Of a stretch of DNA of 46,698 bases, positions 23,006 to 36,030 are shown piece by piece. The stretch comes from Octopus sinensis (Eukaryota): positions 1 through 46,698 of the forward strand of contig NW_021834925.1 in assembly GCF_006345805.1 (NCBI RefSeq), read 5' to 3'. Each line of letters starts with the position of its first letter. Positions within the stretch are counted from its first letter, which is position 1. The position numbers and the translations under genes are program-made. The notes beneath the pieces were generated by a model, which had not been told where the DNA came from, made no database searches, and saw nothing but the letters and a program-made list of their open reading frames with translations.

Positions 23006-23329
23006 CTGCCCTTTTCAGAACTACCTTGTCCAATATGCCTTCTTTTGCATTGATTTGATTGAGATTCGGCTGCTATGTCGAGCTGTTCTAGCGACCGCAT
23101 ACTAGGCTCCATGAGGGTGTTAATACCATTTTGTTTTCCTCGTCGTTGTTGTTTAATCCCAAGTTAGCTCTCACTGAACGGGTCGATGATCAAAGACAAT
23201 CCAGCCTTGGCCAACCGATCTCTACTTTTTTTTATACAAAGGCGTACATTGTTCATTGTATCATTTAGTATAGATAATGGGACGCGATTTGAGTTACACT
23301 TTGCTGTTATTTTTAGTAAATCAATCACA

Positions 23330-24290
23330 TTCGGGCTCCTTCGTTGGTTCATTATGGTTGTTGTATTGGTGATGATGATGGCGATAATGGTGATGATGAT
23401 GACGATGATGATGATGTTGCTTGTAATGTGTATAGTATTGGTAGCGATGGTTCTGTTAGTGGTGTTGGTAGTGATAATGGTAATAGTATCATGAGCGGAA
23501 ATGCTGTTGATGGATGTGGCGAAAACTGCTGCTATTGCTGTTGGCGTTGAGGGTGGTGATGGTTGTGGTAGTGATGGTAGGAGAGGTGGTGACAGTGGTG
23601 GTTGAAGCAGTAGTGATAGTGGTGGTTGTAGTAGGGATGGTAGTGGTGGTTGTGGTAGTGGAAAAAATAGCGGTTGTGGTAATGATGGTAGGAGAGATGG
23701 TGATAGTGGTAGTTGTGGTAGTGATGGTACTGGTAGTGGTGGTTGTGGTAGCGGTGGTTGTGGTAGTGGTGGTAGTGATAGTTGTGGTAGTGGTGGTTGT
23801 GATAGTTGTGGTAGTGGTGGTAATGGTAGTGGTGGTTGTGATAGAAGCGGTAGTGGTGATTGTGGTAGTGGTGGTTGTGGCAGCGATGGCTGTGGTAGTG
23901 GCGGTAGTGATAGTTGTGGTAGTGGTATAGGTGTTACTGGTGGTTGTTATAGAAGTGGTAGTGGTGATTGTGGTAGTGGTGGCTGTGGTAGAGGTGGTAG
24001 CGGTGGTTGTGGTAGTGGTGGTTGTAAGAGAGGTGGTAGTGGTGATTGTGGTAGAGGTGGTAGTGGTAGTTGTGGTAGAGGTGGAGGTGTTGGTGTTGGG
24101 GGAGTTGGTAGTGATGGTGGAGATGACTGTTGTAGTTGTTGGTGGTGATAGCGATGGTATTCGTAGAGCTGGTAGTCGCGATGGTAGTGATGATTGCCGT
24201 TGTTACTGTTGTTGTTGGTGATGGTCATGGTGGTCTTGGTAATGGTGGTGACAGCGATGGTAGCGGTGACTGCCGTTTTTGCTGTCATCT
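23330..24290. repeat. Degenerate (GTN)n/(GAT)n trinucleotide field with a GTGGTAGTGGTGGTT higher-order unit
   Basis: Read directly; it produces the spurious poly-Val ORFs. Confidence 0.95.
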
Positions 24291-24789
24291 TCTTCTTCTT
24301 CTTCTTCTTCCAATCAGAACTCGCACCATTAGCAACAAAGAATAATCTCTAATTCGAGCCTACTCTAAGCTACTAAGAATGTGTATGGCAACTTGAAGAT
24401 CCACCCACCACACGCGATAGACTGGCGGTTGCACTGGCGCGAAAGCTATGTTGTTATCCTCATTCCGTAAACGGTGGCTTTTAACGGGTGGAGAGCTGAA
24501 CCATCCTGAGGTACAGAGGATTCGCAATCTAGACTAGGGTCTGAAAGTTTACCACACCATAGTGGGTTACACCATGGTTCCTCTGCTTTGTGACAGAAGT
24601 AGGAAGAAAGAGTGAGAGAAAGTTGTGGTGAAAGAGTAAAGCAGGGTTCACCCCCTCCCCCCATGCTGGAGCATCGTGGAGCCTATGTGTTTTTGCTCAA
24701 TAAACAGTCACAATGCCCGGTCTGGGAATCGAAACCGCGTTCTTACGACCGCGAGTCCGCTGCCTTAACCATTGGACCATTGCGCCTCC
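24290..24789 (-). mobile_element. tRNA-head SINE family D with tail W ending in (GAA)n
   Basis: Head ggaggcgcaatggtccaatgg...ggtttcgattccc. Body 24310-24640 is closely similar to 34653-34990. Both end in (GAA)n on the minus strand. Confidence 0.85.
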
Positions 24790-25209
24790 ACTGCCGTTGT
24801 TGCTGTTGTTATGGTTGTTGTTGTTGTTAATGGTGGTGGTGGTATTGGTAGTGGTAAAGATTATTCATTGGTGGAAATGGTGTTAGCACAGTTGGTAGTC
24901 TAATGGTGGTGGTGACTTGTTGTTGTTGTGACTGTTGTTGTTGGTACTTTTGGTGGTCGTTGCTGTGGTGGAAATGTTGACGTATTTTGATATTGGTGGT
25001 ATGTCAATGGTAATAGTAAGTGTAGTAGAAGTACTACAATAGCAAGCAATGGGACTGATAGCGAATGGTGGTGGTGGTGGTGGTGATGATGGTAGTGGTG
25101 GCGGCGAAGATGAGTGAAAGTTTGGAAAGAAAAGATATGAAAAAAAAAACCCAGAATGGAAGGAATGGAAAATATATGAAGAATTACAGGACAGGAATGA
25201 TACACACAC

Positions 25210-25930
25210 ACGGAGAATGATGAGCTGAAGAGAGAATTAAAGGAAATATGTGAGGGAGAGAGGTAGAAAGAGAAGATGAAGGGGGGAGAGAGAGGGAGAG
25301 AGGGAAAGAAAAAGAGAAGGAGTGGGAGGGAGAGATAGAAGGAGTGGGAGGGAGAGAGAGAGGAAGAGAAGATGAAGGGGGGAGAGAGAGGGGGAGTGAG
25401 AAGGAGAGGGAAGAAGAGAGAAGGAGAGGGAAGAAGAGAGAAGGAGAGGGAAGAAGAGAGAATGAGAGGGAAGAAGAGAGAAGGAGTGGGAGGGAAAGGG
25501 GTAGAAAGAGAAGATGAAGGGGAAGAGAGAGGGGGAGAGAGAAGGAGAGGGAAGGAGAGAGAAGGAGTGGGAGGGAGAAGATAGAGGAGAAAGAGAGGGA
25601 GAGAGAGGGAGAGAGATAGAGTCTGAGTGAGTGTGTGTGTGTGTGTGTGTGTTTGTGTGTGTTTGTGTGTGTGTGTGAGACAGTGTTCGAAAGTCTGTTT
25701 CTAAAAGTGTGAGTGAGCGTGTTGGTGTGTGTGTGTGAAGAATGGAAGTGTGAGGGAAAGTGACTGGAAAAGAGAAGATGTCAGTCAGAGAAGGGAGAGA
25801 CTCAAAAAAAAAAAAGTAAAAAAAAGTAAGAAAGAGAGACGGACAAAAGACGCAGAAAGTGGGTGTGTATGTGTGTGTGTGAAAGCTTAGCGTGCGACAG
25901 TGTGTCAGCGGAAGTGTGAATATGAATTCG

Positions 25931-26007
<77 letters not shown>

Positions 26008-26216
26008 TTGTGTGTGTGTGTTTTTGTGTGTGTGTACGTTTGTGTGTGTGTGTGTGTGTGTTTGTGTGTGTGAGTGTGTGTGTATGAGTGTGTGTGTGTG
26101 TGTGTGTATGTGTGTGTGTTTGTGAGTGTGTGTGCGTGTGTGTGTGTTTGTGTGTGTGTATGAGTGTGAGTGTGTGTATGTGTGTGTGTGTATGTGTGTG
26201 TGTATGTGTGTGTGCG

Positions 26217-26247
<31 letters not shown>

Positions 26248-26274
26248 TTGTGTGTGTGTGTGAGTGTGTGTGTT

Positions 26275-26322
<48 letters not shown>

Positions 26323-26345
26323 CGTGCGTGCGTGTATGTGTGTGT
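25210..26345. repeat. Polypurine (GA-rich) minisatellite-like tract followed by a long (GT)n complex
   Basis: Read directly. Confidence 0.95.
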
Positions 26346-27764
26346 ACGCGCACGTTTACGTAAATGTCATAGAATGAGAATAGAAAAAGAAAAGCGAGAG
26401 AAAAGGAGTTCAAAAGAGTTAGAGAGACAAATCAGCGTGAACCTGTGTATGAGCGCTCGAATATATGATATGCGTATCTGTGTGTGTTTGTGTGTCTGTG
26501 TGTGTGTGTGTAACAAAAGATATTATTATACGTACACACAGAGATAAGATGGACAGACATAAAAAAAAAAACAGAAAGAAAAAAATTGCAAAAATATATA
26601 AATACAAGAACAAAAAGTTATCATACACTATATTGATTAAACCTACCTTAAACACCTAGCTTTATTTTCCAAGATTGTGGCTATAATTAGAATTATTACT
26701 ACACTAGAAGGTTTCGATGGAAAATCGATCGAAAGCTAATCAATATATTGTGAAATATTTATTCCCACCTACGCACAAATTGAAAAATAATTGAAAGTTT
26801 CAATCATAAAAATATAACTGAGTTGTCTTCCTTGATTTCTTGGTCGTTTCCTCCACTCTCTCTCTATCTCTTTCTTTCTTTTTATTAACCACCTACGTTG
26901 TAACTAACATACAGGAAATTAAAATAATGTTAATAATTCATGTTTTTGATTATCTTACAGACTCGATTCACCAACCAAAGAGTGAGAAAGAGGCGGCTAA
27001 ATGACTTGCTTGACATAATAAAAATCACAGTAAAATCTCCCTGAAATGTATCTGTATCGCCTTTAATTTGTTGTATACTTTGACTAATTTAGTCCCAGAT
27101 GTATTGTGTCACAGTAGGAATGCTTTTGATTATAAGTCAGCTCAATTAAGACTGATACGAGGCTAAAGGACGAACAAATAAGCTACAAATAGATACTATA
27201 GACGGGAATTAAAATCGCAGGAGGAAATTACAGAACCTTTGTAACGAAGTCTGTCTGATTCAGACACGGGACCGGAAATTTTATGAGAACGTTGAAGTAG
27301 ATCAAGTCAAACCTGTTCAGCATTTGACAGGTACATCATATTTTTATTGATATCCTGGTAGGATAAAAGGCAAAGACTATCACTTCGTCTTTTAAGAAGC
27401 ATATCACCTGTCAATTATCTCAATAAAAACAAACACTCGAATAATCAACTTATCTACCGATGTAATTCATTAATGAAAAATTTCCTATCTAGTAATTTAA
27501 GTAGATGCAATCCCAGATCGTTTGTTACAGAGTGCAACAAAATTTTTATTAGCTTTTTGTCTCTGGTCAGTAAGTGTTATCTCTCATTTGCTTCTATCTA
27601 TAATAGAAATCGAAGAAAATGACTATTATTCCCTTTAAACTTTGCTTTTCTGACCTGGCCATCAATGTTTTGAAACTGACCTATTTTCCATTACATTTCA
27701 GACAAACTCAGCGCAGAGTTGTTGAAGCAGAAATATCATTATAACAAATATTCCGCTCTATACT

Positions 27765-27910
27765 ACAGATTTGCTTGTCAGTTGCTTGTCCTTAACCACT
27801 TGAGCATGTCCCTTAATGGCTGACAGTACGTGCGCTTCTGATCATGAGCAGGGGTAGTGAGGTAGAGAGGGAGAATTATATCCATGTGTTGAAAGGGATT
27901 CTTTTGGGTA
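27765..27910 (-). mobile_element. Family E fragment
   Basis: Inverted homologue of about 4250-4395. Confidence 0.6.
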
Positions 27911-27933
27911 TGAATATAATAAAATAAATGCGC

Positions 27934-28176
27934 CCTTTTAAAGCCTAGCCAGGCTCATTGGCCCGGTTTCCCGGTTCCAATGGCGTATGTGTTCCGCAGC
28001 TGGACGGGACGCCAGTCCATCGCAGCGTTACTCATTTTTGCCAGCTGAGTGGACTGGAGCAACGTGAAAAGAAGTGTTTTGTTCCAGAACACAACGTGTC
28101 GCCCGGTCCAGGAATCGAAACCACAATCTTACGATCATGCTGCTGACTCCCTAACCACTAAACCACGCGCCTCCAC
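27934..28176 (-). mobile_element. tRNA-head CORE-like SINE (tail Z)
   Basis: Head gtggaggcgcgtggtttagtgg..ggtttcgattcc; CORE-like; tail ctgcgatggactggcgtcccgtccag. Confidence 0.8.
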
Positions 28177-28676
28177 TTGGGTATGAATAAATGCAACAAA
28201 AGCAAATAGGAAATAGCAGTTGCTACTCAAGGGACAAAAATCGTGTTATACAGTGTTATCAAAGAGTAAAGAGCAGAGTCAAAAAAGCAATCAATTTGAA
28301 ATCTGGTCGTAAAGGAACGTACGTTCTCTCTACAACCAATGATCTATTGCAAATGGTTACAATATTGGTTTCTCATATAATCGAGGTTAAATAAAAAATT
28401 AAAACTTTGATGTACTGGAACTGTGGTATATGATAGTTTCTTAAATGAAAAATCTCACATTTTACTGCAGAAAGACGACAATGTCTACCTAAATAATTTA
28501 CGTTGCTAGTACTGAAAGAACAAGAATTAAAGTCCAGAAGAGCGAAATCTACGATGAATATTTCGATTCCAGAAATTTAGATACTGTTGCATACAATTTT
28601 TCCATATGTCTTAAGGAAAATGTATAACTGAGATAAAGTTGCTCAAATTGACCTTCACCGTTGCCATACAGTGCCG

Positions 28677-29061
28677 GGGAAGCACTCCGTCGGTTACGAC
28701 GATGAGGGTTCCGGTTGATCCGAATCAACGGAACAGCCTGCTCATGAAATTAACGTGTAAGTGGCTGAGCACTCCACAGACACGTGCACCCTTAACGTAG
28801 TTCTCGGGGATATTCAGAGTGACACAGAGAGTGACAAGGCCGGCCCCTTGAAATACAGGTACAACAGAAACAGGAAGTAAGAGTGAGAGAAAGTTGTGGT
28901 GAAAGAGTACAGCAGGGATCACCACCATCCCCTGCCGGAGCCTCGTGGAGCTTTTTAGGTGTTTTCGCTCAATAAACACTCACAACGCCCGGTCTGGGAA
29001 TCGAAACCGCGATCCTATGACTGCGAGTCCGCTGCCCTAACCACTGGGCCATTGCGCCTCC
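28677..29061 (-). mobile_element. Full-length tRNA-head SINE family D (tail X)
   Basis: ggaggcgcaatggcccagtgg A box, ggtttcgattccc B box, D middle, tail ...ggaaccctcatcgtcgtaaccgacggagtgcttccc. Confidence 0.88.
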
Positions 29062-29405
29062 ATACAGTGCTATATTAACATTCGTTTGATGGATTTGACT
29101 TTTCCTTCATATCTAAACGCTTCAGCACTATCTGACTGATTCTGGTGCCAAATACACACACACACACACACACACACAAGTGATTTTTTCTATATAACCC
29201 ACGAGAGTAAATAAGAGAGACAGAAACAGGCAGAAACAAGGAAAATGCCACCTGTATTTGAACACTATGCAAATATTCTTTTAAAAATCTCTTCTTTTAA
29301 TTTTTCCAAAATTTAATTGTTTTCCATACTTACAGTTGAAAAAGTATGAATGACTGAATCCGGTATTGAAAAGTTATTTTAGCATTTTGGGTCCCAGCTG
29401 ATACG

Positions 29406-29686
29406 ATTAACGGAACAGCTTGCTCGCGAAATTAACGTGCAAGTGACTGAGCAATCCACAGACACGTGTACCCCTAACGTAGTTCTCGGGGAGATTCAGC
29501 GGGACAAAGAGTGTGACAAGGCCAGCCCTTTGAAATACAGGTACAATTCATTTTTGTCAGCCGAGTGGAATGGAGCAACGGGAAATAAAGTGTCTTGCTC
29601 AAGGATACAACACGTCACCGGGAATTGAACTCACGACCTTACAATCGTGAGCCGAATGCCCCTAACCCCTAAGCCACACGCCTTCA
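29406..29686 (-). mobile_element. tRNA-head CORE-like SINE (tail X)
   Basis: Homologous to 20031-20270 and to the tail of 28677-29061. Confidence 0.82.
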
Positions 29687-29719
29687 CTACATACATACAT
29701 ACATACATACATACATACA

Positions 29720-29751
<32 letters not shown>

Positions 29752-29979
29752 GTTCATTGATTAAACCTCGCTAAGTTAAATATTTAAATCACCTGAAGAA
29801 TGACTGTAACTCGAAATTTTAAGAATTGGACAGCCATGAAACGATCGTAGTGTTATACTAATTATCTTTTTTTAATAATTTTGATATATATTTAAAATAA
29901 TATAAATTAATTAATCTTATGTATTGGCTTAAGTTTTTCATTGTATGATTTGCCTAATAGTGGTTTTATCTCTAATTTA

Positions 29980-30034
<55 letters not shown>

Positions 30035-30346
30035 AAAAAATGAAGTTCGAAAATGCTGCTATATTATACAGTTTTTAATTTTTATATATACATTATAACA
30101 TGTTTCAGTTCCTGAAATGAACCTTATCAAAAAAAGTTATATATAAAAAAAGACAGCTCATGACGTCAAACACAAGAAATTCATTTATAATACACAACGG
30201 AGTCAGACATCTTAGAGTTCATGTATAGTTGATATATAGTTTGAAGTAAGTTCATTCATGCTATATGTTCAAAGTGTTCGATGCAGTGGCCCACGGTGGC
30301 GATACGTATTCAATACAAGTATATACAGTATATATATATATATATA

Positions 30347-30842
30347 CAGTAATCCTTCGATTATTGCGGGTGTTACGTTCCAAAATGTCCGCAATAGGTG
30401 ATAATCCGCGTTAGAGAAACAGTACTGTACTGTATATTTTTAAAATTATTTTTATAATTTGTATATATTCATTTTATTATAAATGCAAAACGACACCACA
30501 CCCTCGCCTCCCGAGTTTCGTTTTCCACACAGTATGTCCGATACTTTGTTTATTCAACTACGGTACAGTACGTATTTTCTTTTAAGATATTTTAATAAAT
30601 GTTTTTATACAGAGCAGTACTGTAATGTATTTTTATTTATTAATTTATTAATTTTTAGGCGTGAAAATGCTTATTTTACCATAGAAATAATTAAAATCTA
30701 AAAAAGATACAAATATCTACCGGCTGCAGTAACCTGCGATACACTGAGGAGAATACGATATAAATCTGCATATATTAGCCAGAAAAATCTGCGATGTACT
30801 GAGGGCGCGATAGGTGAACAGCGATATGGCGGGTGATTGCTG
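30347..30842. mobile_element. Tigger/pogo-type MITE
   Basis: TA|CAGTAATCCTTCGATTATTGCGGG ... GCGATATGGCGGGTGATTGCTG|TA. Confidence 0.75.
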
Positions 30843-30944
30843 TATATATATATATATTTGGATCAAAACAATTTGATTTAAATTCGTTGGTACTCTTGAG
30901 ATATTCAGCTAATTACAGAAGAAAGAAAAAACATTCGGACGTAA

Positions 30945-31189
30945 GTGTCTTCTACTATAATCTCAGGCCGATCAAAGCCTTGTGACTGGATTTGGTAGAC
31001 AGTAATTGAAAGAAGCCTGTCCTAAATATATATATATTATATATATATGTAGGATAAAATTTTTATTTTTTCGAAGAAAAAAAATTTTATCAATGGCCAG
31101 CATATTAAAAAATACTTTTAAAGGTTAAAATTATAAACAACTTATAAATAAGGGCAAAAGAAAAAAATTTTAATGCCAAATATATATTA

Positions 31190-31227
<38 letters not shown>

Positions 31228-31487
31228 TGTGTGTGTGTGTGCGTGTGTGGTGTGTGTGTGTGTGTGCGTGTGTGTGTGTGTGTGTGTATGTGTGTGTTTC
31301 TCCCTACCATCACTTGACAACTGATGGTGGTGTGTTTACGTCCCCGTAACTTAACGGTTCGGCAAAAGGATTCGATAGAATAAGTACTAGGCTTGCAAAA
31401 CATAAATCTTGGGGTCGATTTTTCGACAAAAGGCAGTGCTCCAGCATGGTCGCAGTCAAATGACTGAAACAAGTAAAAGAATAAAAG
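30945..31487 (+). mobile_element. SINE family B, 5'-truncated, with internal microsatellite
   Basis: tgtcttctactata..ggatttggtagac and the 3' half cttgacaactgatggtggtgtgtttacgtcccc..gtaaaaga. Confidence 0.8.
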
Positions 31488-31636
31488 GATATATTTTACT
31501 TTAATATCAGAGGGAAAGCGGTAAAACAAGATAAAGTTTGCCACCAAACGAAAGCAGTTTATCTCACACCACTACCATGCATGCATATTTTATTAGAGCT
31601 TAAACTTTAATTTCATATTTATGCCTGAACAATGAC

Positions 31637-31681
<45 letters not shown>

Positions 31682-31685
<4 letters not shown>

Positions 31686-32060
31686 CGCAGGAGTGGCTGT
31701 GTGGTGAGTAGCTTGCTAAACAACCGCATGGTTCCGGGTTCAGTCCCACTGCGTGACATCTTGGGCAAGTGTCTTCTGCTATAGCCCCGGGCCGACCAAT
31801 GCCTTGTGAGTGGATTTGGTAGACGGAAACTGAAAGAAGCATGTCATATATATGTATATATATGTATGTGTATGTGTTTCTGTGTCTGTGTTTGTACCCC
31901 TAGCATTGCTTGACAACCGATGCTGGTGTGTTTACGTCCCTGTAACTTAGCAGTTCGGCAAAAGAGACAGATAGAATAAGTACTGGGCTTACAAAGAATA
32001 AGTCCCGGGGTGGATTTGCTCGACTAAAGGCGGTGCTCCAGCATGGCCGCAGTCAAATGA

Positions 32061-32064
<4 letters not shown>
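31682..32064 (+). mobile_element. SINE family B (tRNA head, CORE-like, internal (TA)(TG) microsatellite)
   Basis: taggcgcaggagtggctgtgtgg, gggttcagtccc, cttgggcaagtgtctt, then the 3' half. Confidence 0.9.
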
Positions 32065-32103
<39 letters not shown>

Positions 32104-32298
32104 CACGGTCACTGCCACGTAGATATTTCTCCCTCTGCCGTAAGGCTTCATTTCCACACACGCCAGCTGAATTCAGTTCGTCCCCAGTCGAAAGACGCCA
32201 GTTGTTATGTCCTGTTTTTATAATTATTATTGTTTTTTTTATTGTATTTTTGTATTTATATTCGTGTAACATCGTCTGTTTTTCCGTCTTTGTTTCCT

Positions 32299-32548
32299 AA
32301 ACATTCGATGGTTTTTTTTCCAAGGAATTTAATGCACTTAGCTTAGTTTTTCCTTGGGGATGGCCAGATTGGAGCAATCTCAAGATTAATCAGCCGAAAT
32401 TGCGAGGATGATCCGGTTCTTGACTGAAGATAAAAGGCTCCGAATGACCCACCCGTGTTTTTTTGTATCGTCTATCTGGATCTTTTGCTGTCCCTTTTTG
32501 TATCACCTAGTCGTCCGGATGTTTTGCGTTCTTGTCCCATTTTGTATT
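32299..32548 (+). mobile_element. Repeat family G (degenerate hammerhead-like core, T-rich tail into (TA)n)
   Basis: Homologous to the reverse complement of 44661-44907 (ccagattg..caatct.aag..cttgactga.ga..cgaa.gaccc). Confidence 0.6.
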
Positions 32549-32552
32549 ATAT

Positions 32553-32621
<69 letters not shown>

Positions 32622-32639
32622 TTATAATACATACATACA

Positions 32640-32675
<36 letters not shown>

Positions 32676-33091
32676 ATATATATATATATATATTAATATA
32701 TATATACATACATATATATAATATGCATATAGGTATGCACGGCAGCAACACACATATACACACATTCACACGCACACACTCATACACACTGGCGTACGCA
32801 CCGATACACCTGGACTCATAAAACTACCTGGTCTATCTGCCGTCTTAAAAAAATGACAATGCGTTCGATAATATACTTTAAGACTATGGTTTTAAAAAAT
32901 GCGATCAAATCTGTTTCCAGTTTTACGTTTAACGTGTGTAACGTAATGAAGCGTGTTCTGGATTATGAAATTAACAGCGATAAAATAAAAACTTATACAC
33001 ACACACACAAACATAAACACTCACACACAAATATATATACACACACACACACGCACACATATATACACATATATAAATATATGTATAAGTA

Positions 33092-33146
<55 letters not shown>

Positions 33147-33274
33147 ATATATATTATATATATATATATATATACATGTGTGTATGCGCGCGCACATATC
33201 TATCTATCTGTACGTATAAGTGTGCTTATGTGTGTACGTATATGTGTATATGTATGTGTATATGCATATATGTA

Positions 33275-33470
33275 TATAACGGGAAGCTTTATGAAAATAA
33301 ACAAAAGACGAAGGCACGTGGAAAACAAACGAACAATTGTATTAGTATGGCGCTCAGGAAAATAAATAAAACAAGTCTTTAACGTTTCGAGCCTACGCTC
33401 TTCAACAGAAAGACACAGAGAGAGAAAAACACAGAAAGAAGGAGAGAAAAAAAATGCGTGCAGTAGCTAA
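33275..33470 (-). mobile_element. Repeat family H (PLE-type) with a minimal hammerhead
   Basis: Homologous to 45345-45548 (cgaaacgttaaa, ttcctgagcg, ttccacgt); 3' end abuts a TA-rich microsatellite. Confidence 0.7.
33375..33414 (-). ncRNA. Minimal type I hammerhead, core variant CUGUUGA
   Basis: GUCUUU CUGUUGA A GAGC GUAG GCUC GAAA C GUU^ AAAGAC. 6-bp stem I, 4-bp stem II, palindromic AACGUU stem III, A6U change. Confidence 0.6.
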
Positions 33471-33630
33471 ACGAATCAACATGGCGATCTGATTTCGGCC
33501 AGAGGTCAAAGATCAAACATGAGACGCGAGAGCGAAATAAGGGGAGATAATAGGGTTGCATGAAATGAATGTAAAAAAAGTGGTAATATAAGAGAAAATA
33601 AAAATACAACAAACGGGACATATATATATA

Positions 33631-33662
<32 letters not shown>

Positions 33663-33738
33663 GTATACGTATGTGTGTATATGTATATGTACGTATACTT
33701 ATGTGTGGATGTGTGTATATATATATGTATGTGTGTGT

Positions 33739-33781
<43 letters not shown>

Positions 33782-34540
33782 ATATGTGTGTGTGTTTATA
33801 TGTATATATGTAATATTAGTAAAAAAATATATTCTTATCTGAACACGTTGCGTGTATGTGTGTATGTGCGCGTGTTTGCATATGCCTATATATCTGATGG
33901 GTAGTGTTATTCATATCGTAGAAGAAAAGAAGGTGGCTAGCTGGGTAGAAAGATTGGCTCATCAGAAAAAAATGTTTAGTTTCATTTCTTCCAGCCCTTT
34001 ACGTTCCGAGTTCAAATTCCGCCGAGAACAGCTTAGCCTTTCGTACCTTCGCTGCCCTTTCTCCTCAAAGTTGCTGGGCTCTAACCAGCGCCCCACTCAG
34101 CGGGATTTTGTGGACCGTTCGGGGGATTTTGTGGTCCCTTTCAGCGGGGATTGCTGTGGTCTGGATCACTTATATGCTATGGAAAGCAGGTAGCCGGCCT
34201 TTGGAGTCAGAAAAAAGAAAGCACAATAAAATTTCATTTTAGTATATGGAGAGATGAAGGGTAGCACCTCGCCTTTTGTCATGTGGGGCATCTGAGACAG
34301 GCAGAAAGAAACGAAAAAAATTATACATATATCGCTGAATTTGCCGAATGCTTTCAACTAAGTGGATTCTACCAAAGCTACTAAAGCTACTAAAGATCCA
34401 TGAGGTGGGTGTCAAACCGGACGACGGATTACCTCTGTTATCCAACAAAAGAAACGGTTTTCTTCTACCATTGTTAGTTCACAAGGATATGATATACTAA
34501 AAATACGCTTGTTTGTAATAACTCGCAGTGAGACTGAACT

Positions 34541-35010
34541 TTTGACTCTTCTTCTTCTTCTTCTTCTTCTTCTTCTTCTTTTCTTCTTCTTCTTCTTCTT
34601 CTTCTTCTTCTTCTTCTTCTTCTCTTCTTTTCTTCTTTCTTCTTTTCTTCTTCCAATCAGGGCTCACACCATTAGCCACAAAGAATAATCTCTAATTCGA
34701 GCCTACTCTAAGCTACTAAGAATGCGTGTGGCAGCTTGAAGATCCACCCACCAAACGCGAAAGAATGGCGGTTGCACGGGCCCGAAAACTACGTTGTTAT
34801 CTACATTCCGTAAACGGTGGCTTTTAACGGGAGGAGAGCTGAACCATCCTGGGGTACAGAGGCTTCGCAATCTAGACTAGGGTCTGAAAGTTTACCACAC
34901 AATAGTGGGTTACACCATGGTTCCTCTGCTTTGTGGCAGAAGTAGGAAGAAAGTGTAAGAGAAATTTGTGGTGAAAGAGTACAGCAGGGTTCCCCCCGCC
35001 GGAGCCCCTG
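34541..35010 (-). mobile_element. SINE D/tail W copy (head lost) with a long (GAA)n tail
   Basis: Homologous to 24290-24660; (CTT)n at 34541-34652. Confidence 0.85.
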
Positions 35011-35084
35011 CTGTTGCATAATTGCTTTTGTAGCACATTTGTTTTTTCATTTACTCGTAATATCTTTTGTATTAAATGCACAAG

Positions 35085-35900
35085 GTCTGAAACTTTGCGG
35101 GAAGGGTCTAGTGGCTGACAAGTATTGATTTTATCGACGCCGAGCGAATGAAGGACAAAGTAATCTCGGTGGAATTTGAACTCAGAACGTAAGCATTTAG
35201 TCCGACGTGCTAACGATTCTAACAGCTCGTCGCCTTATCTTTCATTTGTAATATGGTTTCAAATTTTGACACAAGGCCAGTAATTTTAGGGCAGGGGGAA
35301 AGTCGATATTATCGACCTCATTGATCAACTGGTACTTATTTTAGCGAATTTGGATTCAGATGTAAAAACAGACGCAAAGAAAGACGAAATGCCGTTAAAT
35401 ACTTTGTCCAGTGGGCTAACGATTCCGCCAGTCCGTCACCTTATCTTTTACTTGTAATATCCATTCTACCATAATTTCGCCGGGATCGAATTTGCCTTTC
35501 ATCCTTTCCAGGTTGATTAAATAAGTACCAGTCGAACATTGAGGTCAGTTTAATCGACTTAGCCCCTTTCTCAAACCTGCTGGCCTCGTGCCAAAGTTTG
35601 AAACCTATATCATTTCTACAATAGGAACAAGGTCTGAAATAAATTCGGCGGTGGGATCTAATCAATTTCATCAATCCCGAAGGTGAGCTGGATGAATTGT
35701 TAAAGCGTTCGAAAAATTACCTAGTGGTATTACTTCCAACTCATTACGCCTGAGTACATAATCCGCTGGGGTCAGCTTCGCTTTTCATCCCTCCGGCTTA
35801 ACAGAATAAAGAGAAAGTACCAGTAAAGTATTGGAAGCGATGGGACCTTTTAACTTCAAATTGCTGAGCCTTTGCCTAAATCAGAAACTGATATTTAGCT
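35085..35900. mobile_element. Cluster of degenerate SINE A copies in both orientations
   Basis: Recurring gaatttgaactcagaacg, actggtacttattt and gcctttcatcctttc motifs. Confidence 0.75.
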
Positions 35901-35964
35901 TTGAATCGAACGCTGATCAGAATAATTCCGTTTCAGGATATATGTATCTATGTATATCGAGGAA

Positions 35965-35985
35965 TCTATATTATAAAGCTGAAGT

Positions 35986-36030
<45 letters not shown>

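Noticed and set aside
34097-34161. Three degenerate about 21-bp GC-rich tandem units
   Set aside because: Short minisatellite with no spacers or other context; no function can be supported.
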